From positions 1-47,165 of the IMG/VR virus record IMGVR_UViG_3300024038_000025: a stretch of DNA of 47,165 nt; one strand, given 5' to 3'. The notes under the pieces are model-generated. The model ran no database searches and was not told the DNA's origin. It saw nothing but the letters and a program-made list of their open reading frames with translations. Numbering within the stretch: position 1 is the stretch's first letter; every line of letters begins with the position of its first letter. Of the stretch, positions 35,087 to 42,553 are shown one piece after another. A program made the translations under genes and the position numbers. The DNA comes from a virus. Lineage: Duplodnaviria; Caudoviricetes.

Positions 35087-36067
35087 CTAGATAACTTTGT
35101 TCTCGATCAGCGTGACGACCCAACGCCGCATCTGGGTGAAAATCGACGTCGGATTGGGCACACCGCTCACAACTTCGACGTTCGCTTCGATCGCGAGTTT
35201 CAGTTGTTCGCCCTTCAAGTCCGTTCCGTCCTTGAGCTTAACCAACGTATCGTGGGCGTTAGTGTTCCGGAGAGCAAGGGCAAGATTGTCGAGCACCGCC
35301 TGGCCCTTGTCAGTGGTGTTTCGATGGAAGGACAAGGTGACCGAGTACTGCAGGTTGCTTTCGCCGATATCGTCCAGATCCAGCTTCGAGAGAGCCACCT
35401 CGCCGACCACGCCCTTGAGCACATCGATCGCTTCGTCGCCCCAGGCAAAGTCGAGAGGTGGCTCTGCGCCCGTGTCTTCCTCGTCTTCTCGCAGCGTGCC
35501 CTCAATCAGTGGCTGTCCGCCGATTGTGACCAGCTTGACGTGCGATTGCCTGATCTGCTGCGCGACATTGTTGGGCACCTTGTCCGCTAACGCTACCTGA
35601 GACAGACCGTCGAGCACGCCGGCCTCCTGAAGTAGCCAGTTCAGGTGGTTCTCGAACTGGCGGCCTCGCAGCGCCATAGACTGCATCAGCACTACCGCAT
35701 TCTCGTGGACGGCAAAGAAAAGCAGTCCATCGAGGAAGTGACGCCGCTTGCCATCGTCATTTACCGGGGGAGCCACCTGCACGACGGATAGTTGCGTCGC
35801 GGCATCGTCGTTGATCAAGGCCGTGGTGTTGGCACCGGGCTCGTAAGTCGCCATCACCCCGAAGATGAATTCGTCTTCAACATCGAAGGACAGGATCTGA
35901 CGGTATCTGGCCGTTTGGGCGTCCTGCCCGAGCGCTTCGCGCCTCTCGCTCGCGAGTTCGAGCTCATCCAGCGCCTGCGCAAGGAGCTGCTGCAGAGTGA
36001 ACTCATTGGTGGGCAGGAACTTGGCGTCCTTGCAAACAAAGCGCCGCTTCGAGGTTTTGGTTGCCAT
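35087..36067 (-). CDS. Soluble hypothetical protein (326 aa; RexA-like position and size)
   Basis: Long clean ORF, lower GC, operonic with the TM gene. Confidence 0.8.
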   Translation of the reverse strand: MATKTSKRRFVCKDAKFLPTNEFTLQQLLAQALDELELASERREALGQDAQTARYRQILSFDVEDEFIFGVMATYEPGANTTALINDDAATQLSVVQVAPPVNDDGKRRHFLDGLLFFAVHENAVVLMQSMALRGRQFENHLNWLLQEAGVLDGLSQVALADKVPNNVAQQIRQSHVKLVTIGGQPLIEGTLREDEEDTGAEPPLDFAWGDEAIDVLKGVVGEVALSKLDLDDIGESNLQYSVTLSFHRNTTDKGQAVLDNLALALRNTNAHDTLVKLKDGTDLKGEQLKLAIEANVEVVSGVPNPTSIFTQMRRWVVTLIENKVI

Positions 36068-36106
36068 ATTCTGGAATGAAATGTTCGGTGGTGAGCGCGG
36101 CGCCGA

Positions 36107-36406
36107 TTAGGTTGCAGCAGCTTGTGTTGGAGAAGCGATGTCTCGGCCACAGTGCTTGCAGACCTTCGCTTCGCGAAGGACGACCTCTGCGCAATGCGGG
36201 CACTTGCGATGCGTGCGGCTGCCGATTCCGCTGCGGACGTTTGAGGCTTCGAGGTCCGTCTTCGACTTGGCAACCAAGGCGCAGATGATCCCGATCAGCG
36301 GACTGAGCAGCACCGCGAGCAGGAAGAACCCAAAGAAGCTGCGCCCTTTGTTGGACGCGATCACCCCGGCGACCAGCGCCAGAACGAGCCAAACTACGAT
36401 AACCAT
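36107..36406 (-). CDS. Zinc-ribbon membrane protein
   Basis: 2 TM segments, KGRSFFGFFLL, CPHCAE...CKHCG. Confidence 0.85.
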   Translation of the reverse strand: MVIVVWLVLALVAGVIASNKGRSFFGFFLLAVLLSPLIGIICALVAKSKTDLEASNVRSGIGSRTHRKCPHCAEVVLREAKVCKHCGRDIASPTQAAAT

Positions 36407-36568
36407 GCCGCCCTCCCTTGTTTGTGTTGTTGGGCGCGGACGTTACCAGCTTGTAGGACAATGCGGACAGGGCACCTGTCAAACCTATCAGGCGCCGGCG
36501 TGTAGGACAGGGCGTAGTTTGCAATCGATTGCAATTCGGGCGGCGTGAGCCGCCGCAGGGAGCGCCCC

Positions 36569-36769
36569 GTGACCTGGTTTCAATTCCCTGATCCGGTAAC
36601 CGTCCGCCATGACGACGGGACAACCGCCCTCATTCCACCAGGCCTGCGGCCTGTGCGCATTCACCGCGACCGTGTTGGCGTCCAGGTGGGCGACGGGGAG
36701 GTCGACGTAGCCCCCGATGAATGGGAGGCGATGCTCAAGCACCGCATCGCGCTCCCGACGCCGTTCTAG
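36569..36769 (+). CDS. Small hypothetical protein (66 aa), paralogue of 1..204
   Basis: GGGAG RBS before GTG 36569; MTWFQ matches MDWFK; shared RxALP end. Confidence 0.75.
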   Translation: MTWFQFPDPVTVRHDDGTTALIPPGLRPVRIHRDRVGVQVGDGEVDVAPDEWEAMLKHRIALPTPF

Positions 36770-37191
36770 GGCTTACGCGCCTTCGCCGGCTTGTCGCCCA
36801 CCCAGGTCGGGTGGGGCACGGCCTTTCGGGTGAGCTGCTCGAGTTCCTTGCTGCGGTAGAAGTCGATGCACTTCAGCAAGCCGAAGTGCGCGTCGGCGCC
36901 GCCTTCCGGCGAGCCCACGTAGGTGCGCGCCGCGTACTTGTCGATCAGCGCGTCGAGCTGGGGATCCAGCTCAAGGTCGAAGTACGTCCACTCCAGGTAG
37001 GCACCAGCAGTGGAACTGGCGTCGGTGCCGGCGGGCGAACCCTTGTAGACGGTGGCAACGCAAGCGGCCAGCGCACGGTCCTTGTAGTTCTGGCCGTTGG
37101 TGCGATGGGGCATCTCCGACTCGTCCGCCTTCGCAGCCCACGCGGAATGCGCGCAGGCGCACGCCGCCAGCACGGTAAGCACGCGCCTCAT
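36766..37191 (-). CDS. tai4: T6SS amidase immunity protein, Tai4 family
   Basis: Signal peptide; QNYKDRALAAC...AY.EW...LKCIDFY.SKEL motif; coupled to tae4. Confidence 0.88.
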   Translation of the reverse strand: MRRVLTVLAACACAHSAWAAKADESEMPHRTNGQNYKDRALAACVATVYKGSPAGTDASSTAGAYLEWTYFDLELDPQLDALIDKYAARTYVGSPEGGADAHFGLLKCIDFYRSKELEQLTRKAVPHPTWVGDKPAKARKP

Positions 37192-37685
37192 TGCAGCGCC
37201 CAGAAATTGGCTCGGTTGGTCTGATACAGCACGCCGGGTTCGTTGAAGTAGCAATGGTCGTAGCACTTGGTTCCGTCGAACAGGGTCGCATGGCCGCTGG
37301 CGTCGCGCCAGCCGGAAACCTCGAACAGCACCACGCCGCGGCGCCCCTCCATGGCGGCAGGGCTCGCCGGGTAGGAGATCACCTCAGGCTTTCCCCAGGC
37401 CTGGCGGAGAAAGTCGATCAGGTTCGGCACGCGGAAGAAGTAGCTCTTGCCGTCCGCCCCCTTCACCGTCTTCCCGGTCGTAGCCGGGATGATCACCCCG
37501 CCGCGCGCCAGGATGTAGCTCATCCGCACGGCGCAGGTATTGGTCCACGGGTTCTTGGGGTTGTTGATGTTCAGCGCCACCGTGCCGCCGATGATCTTGG
37601 CGACCTTCTGCGCCTGCTGTTCGCCGGAGCTGGCGAGGATGACCTGCGATGCCGCCCAGAGCGACGAAAAAGACGGACGAGCCAA
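37188..37685 (-). CDS. tae4: T6SS peptidoglycan amidase effector, Tae4 family
   Basis: RPSF N-terminus, NTCAVRMSY (catalytic Cys), GWRDASGHATLFDG (His), CYDHCYF; AGAAAGGA RBS with TTG 37685. Confidence 0.92.
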   Translation of the reverse strand: MARPSFSSLWAASQVILASSGEQQAQKVAKIIGGTVALNINNPKNPWTNTCAVRMSYILARGGVIIPATTGKTVKGADGKSYFFRVPNLIDFLRQAWGKPEVISYPASPAAMEGRRGVVLFEVSGWRDASGHATLFDGTKCYDHCYFNEPGVLYQTNRANFWALQ

Positions 37686-37707
37686 GGCTGTTTCCTTTCT
37701 GTAAGCG

Positions 37708-38007
37708 TTACTGCGGCTGAGCCGCGGGCGGAACGTTCGGGTTCTCGGCAACGCGGCGCGCGCCATCGAACTTGAGGAAGAGCAGATCCGCGCCGTCTTC
37801 GCGCGGGTTGCGCCACAGCGCCGTGTGCGTACCGTCCATGAGGTCGACGCCCACCCATTCCGACGGCGGCCCAATCAACGCCGCTACTTCGTCTTCCGTC
37901 ATCCCCTCGCGCACTTGCCGCGCGCCGTCCCAACTAAACGCCTGATGAGCGCATGAGGCAGTCAGCGCCGCAGCCGCGAGCACCGCAAATGCAGTTCGCA
38001 TAAACAT
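37708..38007 (-). CDS. SmpA/BamE-like lipoprotein
   Basis: Lipobox TAS-C; VREGMTEDEVAALIGPP motif. Confidence 0.75.
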   Translation of the reverse strand: MFMRTAFAVLAAAALTASCAHQAFSWDGARQVREGMTEDEVAALIGPPSEWVGVDLMDGTHTALWRNPREDGADLLFLKFDGARRVAENPNVPPAAQPQ

Positions 38008-38068
38008 CTCCTATCCGGGGCCGGAGATTACGGCGCCGGACGTCCTCGGACGGTGACGACCGTCACAG

Positions 38069-38140
38069 TATCCGTTCGGTTATTGACACAAGATAACCGT
38101 TCGGTTACTTTGCTCCCAACGAATAACCGTTGGGAGTTAC
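38069..38140 (+). promoter_or_regulatory. OL operator cluster and PL promoter
   Basis: TATCCGTTCGGTTA, TAACCGTTCGGTTA and a half-site TAACCGTT share the OR consensus; TTGACA 38083-38088, 17 bp spacer, TACTTT 38106-38111. Confidence 0.85.
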
Positions 38141-38144
38141 TGCC

Positions 38145-38456
38145 ATGCCCCAGCAAGCCACCAAGCAGGCCTACGACCGCACGTCTCTCGCGCGGCACGG
38201 CATCAGCTTCGAGCAGGCCATGGCCGACCCCCTCATCTCACGCGGGCTCGCTGGCCTGACCCGGGCCATCGAGCGCAAAGCTGCACTGCGAATTTCCAGC
38301 CGCCACGTGCACGCGGGCTGTTGGATCGAGAAGACATGCGACCGGGAGTCCGTTGCCGCGGACCCCACCGACGCGGCCGGCCACCTTCGGGCCGAGCTGA
38401 CGGCCCTGAATAGCCGCGATCAGAGACAGGCCGGCTGCCAGCCAGAACACCGGTAA
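38145..38456 (+). CDS. Hypothetical protein, first PL gene
   Basis: GGGAG RBS; immediately after PL. Confidence 0.7.
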   Translation: MPQQATKQAYDRTSLARHGISFEQAMADPLISRGLAGLTRAIERKAALRISSRHVHAGCWIEKTCDRESVAADPTDAAGHLRAELTALNSRDQRQAGCQPEHR

Positions 38457-38497
38457 GCCCTATGGCACCCACCACCCCATTCACCTGGAGCCACACC

Positions 38498-38818
38498 ATG
38501 AAAGCTCTCACCTACTGGCAGCGATACCGCGAACGCCGCGAGCTTCTGCGCCGCCAGACCGAGCTGAAGGCTGCGATCGAATACAGCCACAACCAGATCG
38601 ACCTGCACCGCAACCGCCTGGCCGCCTTGTTCCGCGAGCAGGACGACGTCGAGGCCCGGCTGGATCCGAACCACGTGCCGATTCCGGCCGTGATTCGCAA
38701 GGTGGTCCGCGGGCCGGACGGCCGCGCCATCAGGAAGACGATGCCCGTGGTCCTGATGCACGACAGCCCGCAGTGCGCGGCCTTTGCGGTGCCGCTCCGG
38801 GCCAGGCCCGCTCCGTAG
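38498..38818 (+). CDS. Hypothetical coiled-coil protein
   Basis: GGAG RBS; codon usage like neighbouring genes. Confidence 0.7.
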   Translation: MKALTYWQRYRERRELLRRQTELKAAIEYSHNQIDLHRNRLAALFREQDDVEARLDPNHVPIPAVIRKVVRGPDGRAIRKTMPVVLMHDSPQCAAFAVPLRARPAP

Positions 38819-38899
38819 CCCGCCCTTTTCCCGGCAGGCGAGCCACGCGACCACCTGCCCTACCGCCCACGAGATGGGCAACCCACTTAGGAAAAAGTC

Positions 38900-39247
38900 A
38901 TGGGAACACGTCCGTTCTTCGACACCGTGCGCGACTTGCGCCGCGGCGCGCTGCTGGATGAGGCAGCGGACAAGCTGCAGGAAGTCATCGCCGGTGTCAC
39001 CGAAACCGGCAAGGCCGGGAAGCTCGTGATCGAGCTCTCGGTGAAGCCTGCCTCCAAGAACCAAGCCGCCGTCACTGTCAGCGACAAGGTGACCGCCAAG
39101 GTGCCGGCCCTGCCGGCTGGCGAAACCATCATGTTCGTCACCGTGGAAAACAACCTGGTGCCGAACGACCCGCGGCAGTCCTCGCTGGACCTCAAGCAGG
39201 TCACGACGTCGCAGCCCTCCGAGCTCAAGACCGCCGGCGCTGCGTAA
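38900..39247 (+). CDS. YfdP-like protein
   Basis: V.ETGKAGKLVIEL.VKP motif; precedes DUF2303 as in the E. coli CPS-53 prophage. Confidence 0.7.
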   Translation: MGTRPFFDTVRDLRRGALLDEAADKLQEVIAGVTETGKAGKLVIELSVKPASKNQAAVTVSDKVTAKVPALPAGETIMFVTVENNLVPNDPRQSSLDLKQVTTSQPSELKTAGAA

Positions 39248-39280
39248 GCGCCTGCACCACTTCACGCACCAGGAACCACC

Positions 39281-40141
39281 ATGCCCAATCAGGATTTCAT
39301 CAGCGGCACGCTCAGCGGCAACACCGAGACCGAGGCCATCGCCGCGCTTGCCGCGCAACCCATCATCTCGGCGATTCTCGACACGCCCGTTGCGCTGCTG
39401 CCTCACGGCTGGGAGCTGCACGCCAAGCCCGAGCTGCTGCAGAAGCCCACGCGCAAGTCCGGCACCATCACCCTTCACGAGGTGGAGAGCTTCATCCACG
39501 TGGTGAAGGCGCAGGGCTCGCTGACCAACACCAACGTCTATCTCGACGTCGACTATGCGAAGAGCAAGTTTGTCGCGACGGCGGTTTTCAACGACCACAG
39601 CGACGACATCGATGCGGGCCACCGCGACCACCGCGCTGTGTTCACGCCGCGCTTCTCTGAGGAATGGATTCGCTGGACCGCGGCCGACAGGAAGGTGATG
39701 CCGCAGGTGATCTTCGCGGCTTTCCTCGAAGCCAACCTGCGCGAGATCCAGTCCCCGCCCAACAGCGGCCTGCCGACCGGCAGCGACGTGCTCACCTTCG
39801 CCACGCAACTGCAGGAAACCCGCAAGGTGAAGTACGGCAGCGGCATCAACCTGCAGAACGGGCTGACACAGATCGAGTTCACCGAAGAGAACGACGCCGG
39901 CACCAAGGGCAAGCTGGACGTGTTCCGCAAGTTCGCGATCGGCGTGCGCCCGTTCTTCAACGGCCCCGCGTATGCGGTGCAGGCCTTCCTGCGCTACCGC
40001 ATCGATCGGAACACCGGCGAGATCGCCTTCTGGTACGAGCTGGACCGCCCGGACGTGACGTTGGAAGACGCCAGCAAGGCGATCGTGACCCAGATCCGCG
40101 AGCAGGCCGGCGTGCCCGTCCTCTTCGGCCTGCCGGGCTGA
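39281..40141 (+). CDS. DUF2303 / YfdQ family protein
   Basis: AVFNDH...GHRDHRA, Q..FA.FLE.N and ARLRYR-like motifs. Confidence 0.85.
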   Translation: MPNQDFISGTLSGNTETEAIAALAAQPIISAILDTPVALLPHGWELHAKPELLQKPTRKSGTITLHEVESFIHVVKAQGSLTNTNVYLDVDYAKSKFVATAVFNDHSDDIDAGHRDHRAVFTPRFSEEWIRWTAADRKVMPQVIFAAFLEANLREIQSPPNSGLPTGSDVLTFATQLQETRKVKYGSGINLQNGLTQIEFTEENDAGTKGKLDVFRKFAIGVRPFFNGPAYAVQAFLRYRIDRNTGEIAFWYELDRPDVTLEDASKAIVTQIREQAGVPVLFGLPG

Positions 40142-40146
40142 CCGCC

Positions 40147-40341
40147 ATGAGCGCGTTGATCACGACCGTTCTGGTGCCGGACGACGCGCTCGTCTTCGAG
40201 GTGGCGCGCGAGGCCGCAGCGCGCCACCTGCACCTCATCACCGACGGCCACCGGCATCTCCTCTGCTCCATCGTCCCGCCCGGCTGGCGCCGCTGCGCCG
40301 CGGTGGAGCGCGACACCCACACGAAGGACACGGTGCAATGA
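40147..40341 (+). CDS. Small hypothetical protein
   Basis: Fills the gap; coupled to the next gene. Confidence 0.6.
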   Translation: MSALITTVLVPDDALVFEVAREAAARHLHLITDGHRHLLCSIVPPGWRRCAAVERDTHTKDTVQ

Positions 40342-40904
40342 CCAAGCACGTGATGATCGACATCGAGACGCTCGGCACCAGCCATCTGGCCGCCATCGCC
40401 GCCATCGGTGCCGTTGAGTTCGATCCCCGCAGCGGCCGCATCGACCGCGGCTTCTACTGCCACGTCGATGTCGAGGATGCCGTGCGCTGCGGCATGCGCA
40501 TCGAAGGCTCCACCGTGAAGTGGTGGCTTGTCCAGGGTGACGATGCGCGCGGCGAACTCGCAAGGCCGCAGCGCCCGCTGTCGCTCGCCAAGGCGCTGGA
40601 GCGCCTTGCCATCTACCTGGCCGGCAATGTGGCCACCGAAGACACCCACGACGCGCTGCAGGTGTGGGCGAAGGGGACGAGCTTCGACTTCGGCATCCTG
40701 CGCTGCGCGTACGACCTCACGCGCCAGCCCCTGCCTTGGCGTTTCTGGAACGAACGGGACTACCGCACGATCGCCCGCCTCGTTCCCGCCGTTGAAGCGC
40801 CCGCGCGCGACGGCACCGCCCACAACGCACTGGACGATGCCATCCATCAGGCGCAGCACCTGAACCGCATCCTTGCCTTCGCGCCGGCCGAGGTCCTGCT
40901 GTGA
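40338..40904 (+). CDS. DEDDh 3'-5' exonuclease
   Basis: MIDIETLG, WAKGTSFDF.IL, RDYRT and HNALDDA motifs. Confidence 0.92.
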   Translation: MTKHVMIDIETLGTSHLAAIAAIGAVEFDPRSGRIDRGFYCHVDVEDAVRCGMRIEGSTVKWWLVQGDDARGELARPQRPLSLAKALERLAIYLAGNVATEDTHDALQVWAKGTSFDFGILRCAYDLTRQPLPWRFWNERDYRTIARLVPAVEAPARDGTAHNALDDAIHQAQHLNRILAFAPAEVLL

Positions 40905-41458
40905 GCGAGTCGGCCTGGATCCTCACGCGTACCGGCAAGCACTTCGACCTGATGGACCCGCAGCCGGACATGATCGACATCCGCGACATCGCGCACGCGC
41001 TGGGCAACCTCTGCCGCTTCAACGGCCACTGCTCGCGCTTCCACAGCGTCGCCGAGCACAGCGTGGCCGTGGCCGAACTGCTGCCGCCCGAGCTCAAGCT
41101 GGAAGGCCTGCTCCACGACGCCGCGGAGGCCTACGTGGGCGACTGCGTGCATCCGCTGAAGCAGATCCTGCACGCCTACCAGCGCATTGAGTTCCGCGTG
41201 GATGCCGCTGTGCGAGCGCACTTCGGCCTGCCCTACCGCATGTCGCGCGAGGTGAAGCAGGCTGACCTTCGCGTGCTCGCGGAAGAGCGCGCCAAGATCA
41301 TGCCCGACGACAGCGCGCCCTGGGCAATCCTCAACGGCGTCGAACCCGCCCACGGCGCGCTGATCGGCTGGTGCGCGCCGAATATGGCTGCGGCCCTTTT
41401 CCTCAACCACTACGACGCAATCCAGTCGTGGCGGGAATCGCGCGCAGGGGCCGTGTGA
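40901..41458 (+). CDS. HD-domain phosphohydrolase (YfdR/YfbR-like 5'-deoxynucleotidase)
   Basis: DIAHALGNLCRFNGH, SVAEHS and LLHDAAEAYVGD motifs. Confidence 0.9.
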   Translation: MSESAWILTRTGKHFDLMDPQPDMIDIRDIAHALGNLCRFNGHCSRFHSVAEHSVAVAELLPPELKLEGLLHDAAEAYVGDCVHPLKQILHAYQRIEFRVDAAVRAHFGLPYRMSREVKQADLRVLAEERAKIMPDDSAPWAILNGVEPAHGALIGWCAPNMAAALFLNHYDAIQSWRESRAGAV

Positions 41459-41886
41459 TGGGACGCATCCACCGCCCCACGCTGATCCAGCAGCACCGCG
41501 CCTTCGCGTTGATCGACCAGATCCACGACCGCCTCGCCCGGGGGGAGGTGGAGATTGTCCAAGACCGCCCGGTCTTCCAGGACCCGACAGACGGGAAGTG
41601 GTACTTCATCGACGACGCGCTCGACGGCTGGGTGCAGGCATGGCAACGCATCGTCGCCTGGTACCGCCTGCCCTGCGACTTCGACCCGATCCTGCGCCTG
41701 CGCAACCGCCTCGCGCTCGATGAGCCCCTCACCGCGGACGACGTCGCCAACTCGCAGCGCGTCGTCGACTCTCTGCGCCGCGCGTACCGCGGCATGGACG
41801 TCTATCAGACGCGCCAGCTGGTGCAAACGACCGAGCTGGCGATCAAGTTTCAGGATGCGGGACTGGCGGAAAGGCCGGCGGCATGA
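41458..41886 (+). CDS. Hypothetical protein
   Basis: TGATG and ATGA coupling on both sides. Confidence 0.75.
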   Translation: MGRIHRPTLIQQHRAFALIDQIHDRLARGEVEIVQDRPVFQDPTDGKWYFIDDALDGWVQAWQRIVAWYRLPCDFDPILRLRNRLALDEPLTADDVANSQRVVDSLRRAYRGMDVYQTRQLVQTTELAIKFQDAGLAERPAA

Positions 41887-42281
41887 AGGCGCTCTCCATC
41901 CGCCAACCTTGGGCCTCACTGATCCTCTTTGCAGGCAAAGACATCGAGAACCGTTGCTGGCCGACGAGCATCCGGGGCCGGGTTCTGATTCACGCCGCCA
42001 AGGGCTGCACCCGCGCCGAGTGGGAAGGCGCCATCGAGTTTGCACGGGACATAACCGGTCGACCGATCAAGGCTGACCCGAAAGCCATTTGGCGCGGCGG
42101 GATTATCGGCAGCGTCGAGATCGTCGATTGCGTGAAGAACAGCGACTCGCCGTGGTTTGTTGGCCAGTACGGCTTCGTCCTGCGCAACCCTGAGCCGGCG
42201 ACCTTCATGCCCTACAAGGGCCAGCTTGGCTTCTTTGACGTGCCGGAGTGGACGCCTGCCGAGAAAGGCTCCATCCGATGA
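41883..42281 (+). CDS. ASCH domain protein
   Basis: KALSIRQPWA, GKDIENR and KGQLGFF motifs. Confidence 0.92.
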   Translation: MKALSIRQPWASLILFAGKDIENRCWPTSIRGRVLIHAAKGCTRAEWEGAIEFARDITGRPIKADPKAIWRGGIIGSVEIVDCVKNSDSPWFVGQYGFVLRNPEPATFMPYKGQLGFFDVPEWTPAEKGSIR

Positions 42282-42553
42282 GCGCCCAACTCTCCATGAC
42301 CGGCGTCGACTGGCTGAGTGATCGCGACCGCAAGAACCAGGCTCGGGTCGAAACGGTGCGCAAGAAGGCAGCCATCGAATGCGCCAAGAAGCTCGAAGCT
42401 GCCGCCGACGCCTTGAATGTCTTCGCCTCCGCGTGCAACGACTGCCAGGACGAATCCGCGGTGCGACGGGCAGACGACGGCAGAGTGCTCTTGGTGCACA
42501 GCCTCATGGAGTACGCGGGCTGGCTTGATGGCAAGTACGGAGCGAAGGCATGA
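42278..42553 (+). CDS. Hypothetical protein
   Basis: ATGA coupling on both sides. Confidence 0.7.
   Translation: MSAQLSMTGVDWLSDRDRKNQARVETVRKKAAIECAKKLEAAADALNVFASACNDCQDESAVRRADDGRVLLVHSLMEYAGWLDGKYGAKA

Noticed and set aside
36476-36491. CTGT-caaaccta-TCAG as a LexA box
   Set aside because: Mismatch in the right half-site and a poor AT-alternating core; not upstream of the antirepressor; could be chance.
37686-37874. Extended N-terminus of Tae4 (228 aa call)
   Set aside because: Overlaps the lipoprotein gene; TTG 37685 has a strong RBS and matches the family N-terminus.
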